Assembly (NCBI GenBank): GCA_965202805.1
Contig: OZ241869.1
Span: forward strand, 2,400,001-2,464,000
Direction: 5' to 3'
Source of the DNA: Longimicrobiales bacterium
GTDB lineage: Bacteria; Gemmatimonadota; Gemmatimonadetes; Longimicrobiales; Gaopeijiaceae
DNA length: 64,000 nucleotides
A model generated the notes under the pieces. That model saw only the letters and a program-made list of their open reading frames with translations. It made no database searches and had not been told where the DNA came from. Within the stretch, counting starts at the first letter, position 1. The number at the start of each line of letters is the position of its first letter. Below are positions 50,193 through 59,992 of this stretch, in pieces. The translations under genes and the position numbers were made by a program.

Positions 50193-50606
50193 CTACCGCC
50201 GCCGGTTGGCCTCGATTACCACCCGTTCCAGGGACTCGCGGGCGGCGCCGAGCTCGATGGCGCCGGGAGGAAGGCCGTTCAACTGCAGGATGTAGGCGAT
50301 GACGTCGGCGTACTGCTGGGGAGGGAGCGAACCCGGCTGATCTTCCGGCATGAGCGAGTAGATGTCGTCGTAGAGAGCCGCGACGCTGGCGCCGGCCCAG
50401 GAGCGGATGAAGGCCCCGACGAACTCCTCGTCGTCGTGGCATTCCCGGCAGACGTCCTCTATGACCTCGGCGCCGCGCAGCGCCTGCTCTTCGGTGTAGA
50501 CGCCGTCGAGGGTGGTCACTCGCTCCTCGGTCTGCGCGAAGGCGGGCAGGGCCGCCCCCAGGGAGAGCAGCGCCATGGCTGCAACGAGTGCTCCGTTCCG
50601 TTTCAT
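50193..50606 (-). CDS. Periplasmic monoheme cytochrome c
   Basis: Signal peptide, GVYTEEQA.RG, CRECH, distal MP...PGSL. Confidence 0.88.
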   Translation of the reverse strand: MKRNGALVAAMALLSLGAALPAFAQTEERVTTLDGVYTEEQALRGAEVIEDVCRECHDDEEFVGAFIRSWAGASVAALYDDIYSLMPEDQPGSLPPQQYADVIAYILQLNGLPPGAIELGAARESLERVVIEANRRR

Positions 50607-50880
50607 TTCTCGCCCCCGCGATGTCCATGTCGATCCGGCACAGAACCTGAAGGTCGTATCGCGGACTCCTGCGGGTCAAGGCTCCCGACAGGGTCTCCCG
50701 ACCGGCGCCCCGACTGCGCTCTTTCTGTCCGTTCAGCCCGGCAGGCCATTCCGGTTCACGTGGCCGCTCGAAACGACGGCCGGGGCGGTCCGTACGCGTA
50801 AACTGATTAGTATTGTCGGCACGCTGAACGCCGGCTCGCACTCCGGGCCGGCACACCGTCCATGACCGGAGAGGGGCTCC

Positions 50881-51342
50881 TTGGAAATCGCGGTCCTGTC
50901 ATCGGCGTTTGCCGCCTCCGTGGCGAGCGGACTGGTGCCGTTCGTGAACGCGGAAGTGGTGGTGGCGGCGGCCGCCGTCGCGGTGCCCGGGGCCCAGGTG
51001 TGGCTGGTGGTCACGGTGTGTACGCTGGGCCAGATGATCGCCAAGGCCGCGCTCTACGCGCTGGCGCGCTGGCTGCCCCGGAAGCTGCCGGCCCGGGCGA
51101 CGCGCCACCTCGAGCGAGCCTCCGAAAAGGCCAGACGACTCGAGCAGGCCGGATGGACGCTGATTCTGGTCAGCGCGTTCGTGGGGCTGCCGCCCTTCTA
51201 CGTGATCTCGCTGACCGCGGGCATCGTGCGCACCAACTTCGCCGCGTTCCTGATGCTCGGCTTCGCAGGACGGTGGGCCCGCTTCGCGATCCTGGCGTAC
51301 GGAGCGGCGGCCGCGGGCGGGGCGATCCAGGGGGGGCTGTGA
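50881..51342 (+). CDS. YqaA/DedA (VTT domain) membrane protein
   Basis: VPFVNAE, GQM.AK..LY, S.FVGLPPFY, G..GR..RF. Confidence 0.75.
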   Translation: MEIAVLSSAFAASVASGLVPFVNAEVVVAAAAVAVPGAQVWLVVTVCTLGQMIAKAALYALARWLPRKLPARATRHLERASEKARRLEQAGWTLILVSAFVGLPPFYVISLTAGIVRTNFAAFLMLGFAGRWARFAILAYGAAAAGGAIQGGL

Positions 51343-52094
51343 GCGCCTCGGCGGACATGGAGCGGGCGCGGCGGCTCGTGCGGGAGGCCGGGCGGGTGGT
51401 GGCCCTCACCGGCGCGGGCATCTCGGCCGAGTCGGGCGTGCCCACCTTCCGCGACGCGACCGGGCTGTGGCGCAACTACCGGCCCGAGGACCTCGCCACG
51501 CCGCAGGCGTTCGCGCGCGACCCGCGCACCGCGTGGGAGTGGTACGACTGGCGACGGTCGGTGCTGGCGGGCTGCGCTCCCAACCCCGGGCACCGGGCGC
51601 TGGCGCGCTTCTTCCTCGGGCGCGGCACGGCCGGGCTGGTGACCCAGAACGTGGACGGGCTGCACACCCGCGCGGCACTGGAGGAGGCCGGGACGGGAGC
51701 GGCCGACGCGGCGCTCCCGGTCGAGCTGCACGGGGCGGTCGGGCGGGACCGCTGCAACCGCTGCGAGGCGCGCTTCCCCGCCGAGCCCCTCGGCGAGGCA
51801 CTGCCCCGGTGCGACTCCTGCGGCGGCCTGCGCCGTCCGGACGTGGTGCTCTTCGGCGAGTCGCTGGATGGCGACGTGCTGGGCCGTGCCTACTCGCTGG
51901 CGGGGCGCGCCGACCTCTGCCTGGTGGTGGGCACCAGCGCGGTCGTCTACCCGGCGGCGGCGGTCCCGCTGGCCACCCTGGAGGCGGGTGGCAGCCTCAT
52001 AGAGGTGAACCTGGAAGACACCCCGCTCACCGGGTCCGCGACGGTGGCGCTGCGGGGGGCGGCGGGGAAGGTGCTCCCGGCCCTTCTGGACTGA
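51339..52094 (+). CDS. cobB: NAD-dependent protein deacylase (class III sirtuin)
   Basis: TGAGISAESGVPTFR, WYDWRR (Y-x-x-R desuccinylase pair), TQNVDGLH, two CxxC, RPDVVLFGE, GTS; GTGA overlap. Confidence 0.92.
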   Translation: MSASADMERARRLVREAGRVVALTGAGISAESGVPTFRDATGLWRNYRPEDLATPQAFARDPRTAWEWYDWRRSVLAGCAPNPGHRALARFFLGRGTAGLVTQNVDGLHTRAALEEAGTGAADAALPVELHGAVGRDRCNRCEARFPAEPLGEALPRCDSCGGLRRPDVVLFGESLDGDVLGRAYSLAGRADLCLVVGTSAVVYPAAAVPLATLEAGGSLIEVNLEDTPLTGSATVALRGAAGKVLPALLD

Positions 52095-52133
52095 GAGCAC
52101 CTCCGGCCCGCCGGGGAGCGAGACCGCGCGGGT

Positions 52134-54215
52134 CTACTCGCGACCCGGGGTCAGCGAGAGCCGCGGCGGTCCTTCGCCCACGACCCGTGGCGACGCCTCC
52201 CGGACCGCGCCGACATCGTTCACGGCGTCCAGCGGGACCACCGTGCGGTATCTGTCTGCACCGGCGGTGGCGGAGCTACCCTCGACCGGGACACCGTTGA
52301 GTTCGAACCAGTCCAGGAGGCTCGGAGCGGTGAGCGCCGGATCATGGGTCCACAAGTGAACTCCATCGATTGTCGTAATCGCGTCGCCGAAGCTCAGTAC
52401 GCCCGCAGAAGCCGAGAAGAGCGTTTCTTCTCCCGCCAGCGCCTGGAACATCCCGTCCTGCACCCTGACCGTGATGTCCGTGAACTCGCCGGGACCGTCA
52501 TTGACGGCATCGGAAATTCCGCGGAAAGCAACTCCGTCGCGACCGGAAATGAAGTACCAGTTCGCGTCCCGACCCTCCGGCTCGAAGTACACTTGAAGCC
52601 CGTAGTTGATCGTCTCCGTATTGCCGCCCCCAAAGTTGAGGACCGTGGTGCCGATGTAGAGTCTGAACGCCCCGGTGCTCCGCTCGCCGGGGTCTGCGAC
52701 ATCGAAGAACAATGCTGTTCGCATCGTGTCGGCCTGGCGGCCCACGCGAGCCTGGACTTCCCATGAGGTGATCGGCGGGTCCAAGTCACGGCCGACGATT
52801 CCCCAGAGGGTGTCCGCCGTGTTGGTCACCCTCAGAATGCCCTCGGAGACCTCGCCCGTGGCGTTTTGGAACCCCCACTCTTCCAGGCTGCTTTCGTCGT
52901 CGAAGTCGTCGCGGAAGATCAACCCCGCAGCGGGAAGGACGGTTACATCGAAAGATACCGACGCCGAGAGTCCGCCCGGATCGGTTGCCGTTACGGTCCC
53001 CGTCGCCGTCCCCACCTCGATGGTCGCCACATTGAGCACGCTGCCCGTCGCCGACACGGTCGCGACGCCCGGATTCGACGACTCGGCCGAATAGGTCAGC
53101 TCGTCGTCATCCGGGTCGAAGAAGAGCGGGTTTTCGCCCTCCAGTTCCAGCGATCCCGACCACCCTGCCGACCGCGAAATATCGTTTATCTGGCCTCGCG
53201 CCTCAGGTGCCTGGTTGACCCGCTCGATCACCGTGACGGTACCGCTCAGCGAAGCCGTCAGGCCGTACGGATCGGTCGCCGTGACCGTCACGGTCGCGGT
53301 CCCGATGGTCACCGCGGTCACCGTCATCGTGGAGCCCGACACCGACACGGTCGCCACCCCCGCGTCCAACGATTCCGCCTCGTAGGTCAGGGTCTGTCCG
53401 TTCGGGTCGGTGAAGAAGGAGGCGACGTTCACCGTCTCGGAATTGCGCTCCTGAATGCTCAGCGACGGCAGCGAGTCCCGGGCCGTCTCCGGCGGGAGGT
53501 TGGGTGCCACGGTCACGGGTACGCTGAGGGAACCGGACAGGCCGTCCGGGTCGGTCGCGGTGACCGTGAGCGTCGTCGAGCCGGCGCCCACCGTCGCGGC
53601 CGACACCACGCTGCCCGACACCGTCACTGTCGCCACGGAGGCGTTGGCGCTGGTCGCCGTGTAGGTCAGCGCGTCCCCGTCCGGATCGGTAAAGAACGGA
53701 GACACGTCGAGGTTCAGGGTGTCGCCCACTATGGCCGTCAGCGCGGGCGCGACCGGCACCTGCGGTACCGGCGCCCGGTTGGGCTCCATCACCGTCACGT
53801 TGGCGCTGGCCGCGGTGGAGAGCCCCGCGGGGTCGCGGGCGGTCACGGTGACCGTCGCGCTGCCGGCGGCCACGGCCGTGATGGTCAGATCGGTGCCCGA
53901 CAGGGCGACACTCGCCACGCCCGCGTTGGACGAGATCGCGGTGAAGGTCAGGGCGTCGCCGTCGGGGTCGCTGAAGAGGCCGCCCACGCTCACCGTAACG
54001 GATTCGCCCGCCGTCATGGTCTGGGCCGGGATCGAGCCCGACGCCACCGGCGGCCGGTTGGGCTGCGGCGCCGGCGGGGGCTCGGTGGTGCCTCCGTCTC
54101 CGCCGCAGGCGGCGGCCCAGGCCACGGCCAGCAGCGCCAGCGGCCGAACGAGGCGTCCCCGGAGCACGCGGGACGGGTGGACACCACAATCAGATGGCAA
54201 ACCTGAACCTGTCAT
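52134..54215 (-). CDS. Lipoprotein with four cadherin/Ig-like repeats and a C-terminal beta-sandwich domain
   Basis: Lipobox AAAC; 4x N..P...F.DP(D/N)...LT(Y/F)...VTA.DP.GL; FRDDFD domain. Confidence 0.8.
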   Translation of the reverse strand: MTGSGLPSDCGVHPSRVLRGRLVRPLALLAVAWAAACGGDGGTTEPPPAPQPNRPPVASGSIPAQTMTAGESVTVSVGGLFSDPDGDALTFTAISSNAGVASVALSGTDLTITAVAAGSATVTVTARDPAGLSTAASANVTVMEPNRAPVPQVPVAPALTAIVGDTLNLDVSPFFTDPDGDALTYTATSANASVATVTVSGSVVSAATVGAGSTTLTVTATDPDGLSGSLSVPVTVAPNLPPETARDSLPSLSIQERNSETVNVASFFTDPNGQTLTYEAESLDAGVATVSVSGSTMTVTAVTIGTATVTVTATDPYGLTASLSGTVTVIERVNQAPEARGQINDISRSAGWSGSLELEGENPLFFDPDDDELTYSAESSNPGVATVSATGSVLNVATIEVGTATGTVTATDPGGLSASVSFDVTVLPAAGLIFRDDFDDESSLEEWGFQNATGEVSEGILRVTNTADTLWGIVGRDLDPPITSWEVQARVGRQADTMRTALFFDVADPGERSTGAFRLYIGTTVLNFGGGNTETINYGLQVYFEPEGRDANWYFISGRDGVAFRGISDAVNDGPGEFTDITVRVQDGMFQALAGEETLFSASAGVLSFGDAITTIDGVHLWTHDPALTAPSLLDWFELNGVPVEGSSATAGADRYRTVVPLDAVNDVGAVREASPRVVGEGPPRLSLTPGRE

Positions 54216-54332
54216 CTACAGAGATACCTTTTGCGTGGATTGGCTGAGGGGTTCCGACCTGCAGCCGCACAGGTCGGTGCGCCTGAAACATGAGGCCGCG
54301 CCCCGAAAAAACGAAATGGCGGTCGTTTGGCG

Positions 54333-55802
54333 TCAGCGCGCACCCGGCCCGGCTCCGGACAGCCGCAGCATCCGCGCCGCCGCGGCCATTGCGGTGCCGG
54401 GTGTCGCGGGCTTCCCGGTGGCGGCCGCCGCCGCGTCCGTTGCGGCGCTTGCGGTTGCGGCCCCGGCGGTGTGCGTTCCGCTCACCTCCACCCAGTCGAA
54501 GAGGGCGGTTCTCGCCTCCGCGCCATCCAGCGGAAAGACCCACAGGCCGATCGCGATCAGACGAGTCGGATGGTCGCTGCCCAGGGTGACCGCGAAGAGC
54601 TCGGTCTCACCGGCCCACGCACGCAACTCGCCGTCATCCAGCGATACGGCGATCTCCGTGAACTCGCCGGCACCGTCGTGAACGGCGTCCGAGACCCCGT
54701 AGGTGTCCTCGATGACCACCCAGCGGTTCTCAGGGGGCCACCGTGTCCGATCCAGCACGTAGAAGCGGTAGTTGGTGTCGTTTCCGCCGACGGAGACGCC
54801 GGACCCGATATCGAGTGCGTACCACGCGTAGCGCTCGTGCCCGGTCGCGAAGATCACCGACGCGACCACGCTGTCCGTCCGCGTGCGTCCCAGGCGTGCG
54901 CGCATCTCCCAGAAATTGATCGGGGCCTCAAGGACGCGATTCGCGCGGCCCGCGATGCCGCGTTCGAGGTTGGTGAGCGCCAGGACACCCTCGGACAGCA
55001 CCGTGTCCGCCTGTTCAACGCCCCACGCCTCCAGTCCCGCATCGAAGTCTTCCCGGAAGCCGAGCATTGGCCCCGGCACCACCGTCACCGCGACTTCATG
55101 CGCCGCCGTGAGGCCGCCGGGATCACGGGCCGTCAACGCCAGCGTCGTCGTGCCCGCCGCCACGCCCGAGATCGACATCGTCAGGCCGGAAACCGAAGCC
55201 AGGGCCACACGGGGGTTCGAAGAGGAAGCCTGGTAGCTGAGCGCACCCCCGTCCGGGTCGTCGAAGTACGAAGCCACCTCCAGCAGGGCCGTCTGGCCGG
55301 AGGCCAGGCTCACCGCCGGAATCGAGCCCGTCGCCACGGGCGCCCGGTTGGGCCGCACCGTCACACCGGTGCTCTGGGTGGCCGCCAGCCCGCCCGGATC
55401 GCGGGCGGTCAGAGTCAGGATCGCCCTGCCCGAAGTCACCGCGGTGACCGTCACCAGGGTGCCGGACACCTCGACCCGCGCAGCAGCCGCGTCCGTTCTC
55501 GCCTCGTAGCTCAGGCTGTCGCCGTCGGGATCGGTGAAATAGGGAGACGCCTCCACCAGCACCATCTGTCCCTCGATCAGGGAGAGGGCGGGGATGGACG
55601 CCGCGGCCACCGGCGCCCGGTTCCGGTCCGCGAGGGTGGGCCCGGTCGTGCCGGGGCGGCAGCCGGCGGCTCCCAGGACCAGCAGCAGGAGCCCGCAGCC
55701 GAGAGCTGCGGGAGCGCCCCGCGGACGATGGATGAACGCGCGAGGTCCACCCCGCCCGCGCCCCGTCCCCCGGGTCTCGCCTGCCGGAATGCGTTCGTTC
55801 AC
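54333..55802 (-). CDS. Paralogous lipoprotein with two cadherin/Ig-like repeats and the same C-terminal domain
   Basis: Lipobox AAGC; 2x NRAPVA..SIPA...YF.DPDG; FREDFD...SDAV.DG.GEFT.I.V shared with the neighbour. Confidence 0.78.
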   Translation of the reverse strand: MNERIPAGETRGTGRGRGGPRAFIHRPRGAPAALGCGLLLLVLGAAGCRPGTTGPTLADRNRAPVAAASIPALSLIEGQMVLVEASPYFTDPDGDSLSYEARTDAAAARVEVSGTLVTVTAVTSGRAILTLTARDPGGLAATQSTGVTVRPNRAPVATGSIPAVSLASGQTALLEVASYFDDPDGGALSYQASSSNPRVALASVSGLTMSISGVAAGTTTLALTARDPGGLTAAHEVAVTVVPGPMLGFREDFDAGLEAWGVEQADTVLSEGVLALTNLERGIAGRANRVLEAPINFWEMRARLGRTRTDSVVASVIFATGHERYAWYALDIGSGVSVGGNDTNYRFYVLDRTRWPPENRWVVIEDTYGVSDAVHDGAGEFTEIAVSLDDGELRAWAGETELFAVTLGSDHPTRLIAIGLWVFPLDGAEARTALFDWVEVSGTHTAGAATASAATDAAAAATGKPATPGTAMAAAARMLRLSGAGPGAR

Positions 55803-55956
55803 GGGCCGCTACAACTCCGAAATCCCGACCGCCGTCACGCCGGCACCCATGGGCAGCCGGCCCTCTCCGGCATGAACCAGGTATCCGGGGGCGAGCCGGC
55901 TTCGACCAGGATTATCGGCGGAGCCACCGGAAGTGCCTTCAGCTCGACGGCGCTCC

Positions 55957-56934
55957 TCACCCTTCCTGCACATACTCGGCCACCGCCCGGTGCGTCGCGT
56001 ACCACACGTTGCCGCGGGCGTTGATGTGCTCGATCAGGCCTTCCAGGATGAGGATGCGGGAGCGGTGGCCGATGTAGTGCGGGTGCATGGTGAGCACGAG
56101 CATGGTGCCCTCCTCCCAGGCGCGGTCGAACTCGTCGATGTAGACCTGGAGGACGTCGCGGGGGGCGCTGTAGCTGTTGCCGCGCGGGTTCAGGAGGGGG
56201 GCGTCGTCGAGAATCCACTCCACGGGCAGTTCGATCAGGCCGGTGGGCTCGCCGTTGGCGACGATCTCGTAGGGCCGGTCGTCGGCCATCAGCGAGCTGT
56301 CGTAGAGGAAGTCCATGTCGAGGATGATGTCGAGGGTGCTGGGGCTGAAGTTCCACGACGGGGCCCGATAGCCGACCGGCCGCTCGCCGGTGACCTCGGT
56401 CAGATACGCGACCGCGCGTTCCAGCAGGGCCCGCTCTTCGTCTCCCTCGAGCAGCGAGTTGGTCTCGTGGATCCAGCCGTGAATGCCGATCTCGTGGTGA
56501 CCCGCGGCCTGGATCGCGTCCAGCATTTCAGGGTTGAACTGGAGGCTCATCGCCGGGATGAAGAAGGATGCGGGGATGTCGTGCTCGTCGAGGATCTCGA
56601 TTATCCGCGGGAGCGCGCGGCGGGCGCCGTACTGGCCCTGCGACAGGCCGCCGATGGTGGGTTGCCCGTTGCGGATGGGAATGGTTTCGTTGTCCACGTC
56701 GAAGGAGAGCAGCACCGCGGCGCGGGCCCCGCCCGGCCAGCTGTCGGGCGTGAGGTCGCGTCCGGCCCTTACTGCGTTGACGGTCGCGAAGACGCGCTCG
56801 TCGCTCCAACGCCAGGCGGGCTCGTCGGCGTCGTCGGGCGACTGGGCGGCGTCCGCGGTCCCGGCCCCGGGGGCGCAGGAGGAGAGGATGATGGCGACGG
56901 CTGCGACGGCGATGAGGGTCAGGCGCGCGTTCAT
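55957..56934 (-). CDS. Polysaccharide deacetylase family (PuuE/PgdA-like) lipoprotein
   Basis: Lipobox LSSC; WPGGARAAV.LSFDVD, YG...LPRI, HEIGIHGWIHE, GYRAPSW, YDSS, MHP..IG.RSR. Confidence 0.88.
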   Translation of the reverse strand: MNARLTLIAVAAVAIILSSCAPGAGTADAAQSPDDADEPAWRWSDERVFATVNAVRAGRDLTPDSWPGGARAAVLLSFDVDNETIPIRNGQPTIGGLSQGQYGARRALPRIIEILDEHDIPASFFIPAMSLQFNPEMLDAIQAAGHHEIGIHGWIHETNSLLEGDEERALLERAVAYLTEVTGERPVGYRAPSWNFSPSTLDIILDMDFLYDSSLMADDRPYEIVANGEPTGLIELPVEWILDDAPLLNPRGNSYSAPRDVLQVYIDEFDRAWEEGTMLVLTMHPHYIGHRSRILILEGLIEHINARGNVWYATHRAVAEYVQEG

Positions 56935-57133
56935 GGGTGCTCCCGGGTTCGGGTTCCGGTCGGGGGGCGCAGTCGCAACAATACGGATTCGGTATGGAGC
57001 GTAACAGTATGCGAGGGAGACGCAGGGATGCGGGCGAGGACCGTGGGACGCCTGCGGCGTGCGGGGCCCCGGATGGCAGGTGGGTCTGGCCATGCAGGCG
57101 GGGCGTGACGATGTACGGAACAGGCGCAGGCCT

Positions 57134-58546
57134 GTGAGCGCCCCCGCAGACCTGGCATTTCTTCCGGCCAGCGAACTCGCTGCGCGGGTCGCGGCGCGGG
57201 AGGTGGCGGCAGAGGAGGTGGTGTCGGCGGCGCTCGACCGCATCGGGCGGCACAACCCCGTGGTGAACGCGGTGGTGACCCTCTCCCCGCACGCCCTGGA
57301 CGATGCGCGCGCGATCGACCGGCGGCTGGCGCGGGGCGAGGATACCGGGCCGCTCGCGGGGGTGCCGGTCGGGATCAAGGACATGACGGCGGTGGCGGGG
57401 CTGCGCACCACGTACGGATCCCCGCTGTATGCCGACCATGTGCCCGACGAGGACGCGCTGGTGGTGCGCCGCCTGCGGGCCGGCGGGGCGGTGGTGGTCG
57501 GCAAGACCAACACGCCGGAGTTCGCCGCGGGGGCGAACACCTTCAACGACGTGTTCGGCGCCACCCGCAACCCGTGGGATCCGGCGCTCTCGGCGGGAGG
57601 GTCGACCGGCGGGGGGGCGGCGGGGCTCGCGACCGGCATGTTCGCGCTGGCGGAGGGGACCGACCTGGGCGGGTCGCTGCGGATCCCGGCGGCCTTCTGC
57701 GGGGTGACCGGGCTGCGCCCCTCCCCCGGCCTGGTCCCCACCGAGCCCACCGACTGGGTGTGGGACACCATCATGGTCACCGGGCTGATGGCGCGCACGG
57801 CAGGGGACCTGGCGCTCGGGCTGCAGGCGGTCGCGGGGCCGTCGGCGGGGTCGCCCCTCCGGCAGCCGGCCGCAGGGCGGGACTTCCCGGCCGCCGCCCG
57901 GGCGGGAATGGCACACGGCGCCCGCATCGCCTACGTCGCGGACCTGGCGGGGATGGGGGTGGATGCGGGGGTGGAGGGGGTGTGCCGGGAGGCGGCGTTC
58001 GAGCTGGGCCGGGCGGGCGCCGCGGTGGAGGAGATCGACCTGGACCTCTCGCATGCCCGGCGAGCCTTCCTCGACCTGCGCGGGCAATGGATGGTCGCGC
58101 ACCACCAGGACCGCCTGGACCGCATCGACGAGCTGGGCCCCAACCTGGCCGGCAACATCCGCGCGGGTCTCGCCACCACGCCGGGGCAGCTCGGCCGCGC
58201 CAACCGGGTGCGCAGCGACCTCTGGCGCCGCTTCGCCCAACTGCGGCGCGACTTCGACTACCTGCTCACGCCGTGCACCGCCGTGCCCCCCTTCCCCGTC
58301 GAACAGAGCCACCCCACCGAGATCGCGGGCCGCGCGCTGGAGACTTACGTGGACTGGTTCGCCCCGACCTTCGTGCTCTCGCTCACCGGCCTTCCTGTCG
58401 CGTCGGTGCCCGCCGGACCGGACCCGCGCGGGCTCCCGGCGGGCCTCCAGGTGGTGGGTCCTCCCGCAGGCGAGGAGGCGGTGCTCGCCCTGGCGGCCAC
58501 GCTCGAGCGCCTGCGCCCTCCGGAGCGGCCACCGCTCGCGAACTAG
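57134..58546 (+). CDS. Amidase signature family protein
   Basis: GVPVGIKD, GKTNTPEF, GGSTGG, GTDLGGSLRIPA. Confidence 0.92.
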   Translation: MSAPADLAFLPASELAARVAAREVAAEEVVSAALDRIGRHNPVVNAVVTLSPHALDDARAIDRRLARGEDTGPLAGVPVGIKDMTAVAGLRTTYGSPLYADHVPDEDALVVRRLRAGGAVVVGKTNTPEFAAGANTFNDVFGATRNPWDPALSAGGSTGGGAAGLATGMFALAEGTDLGGSLRIPAAFCGVTGLRPSPGLVPTEPTDWVWDTIMVTGLMARTAGDLALGLQAVAGPSAGSPLRQPAAGRDFPAAARAGMAHGARIAYVADLAGMGVDAGVEGVCREAAFELGRAGAAVEEIDLDLSHARRAFLDLRGQWMVAHHQDRLDRIDELGPNLAGNIRAGLATTPGQLGRANRVRSDLWRRFAQLRRDFDYLLTPCTAVPPFPVEQSHPTEIAGRALETYVDWFAPTFVLSLTGLPVASVPAGPDPRGLPAGLQVVGPPAGEEAVLALAATLERLRPPERPPLAN

Positions 58547-58778
58547 CCAACGCCCGGGAGCGACCGGCCCGACCGCCTTCCGCCGACGGCGCGCGGCCGG
58601 TTCGGGCGGCGCGCGGAACTCCGCCGGCGGGAGCGTCGTTCCGGGCGGCAGCGCGAGTCACTCCCGCGCTTGCCCGCCCTCCGCGCGGCATCTACGATCT
58701 TCCCATCATCCGGCAACGTCCGGGTCGGGCGAATCCGCATACGGCATCCCATCTCCCATCGACTGAAAGGAGCAAGTC

Positions 58779-59867
58779 ATGGCCAGAGCAGCTTCCGGTA
58801 CTTCCCGCCGGCGATTCTTCAAGCAGGGCTTCGGCGTCGGAGCGGGCGCACTCGCCCTCCGCCGCTGGCCCCGAGGGCTGCTGCGCCGGCAACAGGCCGG
58901 CGTCCCCCTCATCATCACCAGCCACACCAACGAGACCGGGCGCAACGCCATGGCGCAGGCCTGGGACATCCTCTCGCAGGGCGGGAGCGCGCTGGACGCG
59001 GTGGAGCGCGGGGCCAACGTCATCGAAGTGGATCCGGATGATGCCGGGGTCGGCTACGGCGGACTTCCCAACGAGGACGGCGTCGTGCAGCTCGACGCCT
59101 CCTGCATGGACGGCAAGACCTACAGCGCCGGGTGCGTCGCGTCGATCGAGGACATCAAGACCCCGTCGTCGGTCGCGCGGCTGGTGATGGAACGCACCGA
59201 CCACGTCATGCTGGTGGGACCGGGCGCGCGCGACTTCGCCCTCTCCTTCGGCTTCAAGGCGGAGAATCTGCTGACCGAGAACGCGCGCATGGCGTGGGTG
59301 CGCTGGCGCGAGACGCACAGCGAGAGGCGCGACGACTGGGGTCCGCCCGACCACATCCGCGACAGGCCGGACAAGCAGACCGGCGGGCTCCCGGGCGAGG
59401 ACGACTTCAACTACGGCACGACCAACGTGCTGGCGGTGGACGCCAACGGCGACGTGGCGGGCATCACCACCACCAGCGGCCTCTCCTGGAAGATCCCAGG
59501 GCGCATCGGCGACTCGCCCATCATCGGCGCGGGGCTCTACGTCGACAACGACGTGGGCGCGGCGGGGGTCACCGGGCGCGGCGAGGACGTGATCAAGTCT
59601 TGCGCGTCGTACTTCATCGTGGGGCGCATGCGCGAGGGACGCTCGCCGCAGGAGGCCTGCGAGGACGCGATCGAGATGATCGTGGGCCGGTACCACGCGG
59701 TCGGGCTCGACTTCGTGCCCAGCGAGAGGTTCGTGGCGATCAACAAGGACGGCGAGATCGGCTGCGCCCGCATGGCGGGAAGCGCCGGCCGCATCGGCAT
59801 CCTGACGTACCGCAACTCCTCCGGTCTCGACACCTTCGAGGGCACCCAGCTCTACCCGACGAGCTGA
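58779..59867 (+). CDS. N4-(beta-N-acetylglucosaminyl)-L-asparaginase (Ntn hydrolase), Tat-exported
   Basis: SRRRFFK Tat motif; VGYGGLP..DG.VQLDA..MDG; GT autocleavage site; GRIGDSPIIGAG; TG.GE. Confidence 0.88.
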   Translation: MARAASGTSRRRFFKQGFGVGAGALALRRWPRGLLRRQQAGVPLIITSHTNETGRNAMAQAWDILSQGGSALDAVERGANVIEVDPDDAGVGYGGLPNEDGVVQLDASCMDGKTYSAGCVASIEDIKTPSSVARLVMERTDHVMLVGPGARDFALSFGFKAENLLTENARMAWVRWRETHSERRDDWGPPDHIRDRPDKQTGGLPGEDDFNYGTTNVLAVDANGDVAGITTTSGLSWKIPGRIGDSPIIGAGLYVDNDVGAAGVTGRGEDVIKSCASYFIVGRMREGRSPQEACEDAIEMIVGRYHAVGLDFVPSERFVAINKDGEIGCARMAGSAGRIGILTYRNSSGLDTFEGTQLYPTS

Positions 59868-59992
59868 AGCCTACCGGGCGGAACTCCGTGTCTGGCGGGC
59901 GGGCGGACCACGCTGATGCCGCGTCCGGCCCGCCCGCGGCGTCAGGCGCGCGCGTCACCTCCTCGTCGTCCGGTCCATCCGGCGCGCCCGCA

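Noticed and set aside
50674..50714. Three CCCGAC repeats next to a TTGACC on the minus strand
   Set aside because: Short GC-rich words with no convincing -10 element; likely chance
55850..55950. TPP-riboswitch-like segment on the minus strand
   Set aside because: Only a loose resemblance to the 3' half; the CUGAGA motif is absent and the downstream gene is unrelated to thiamine
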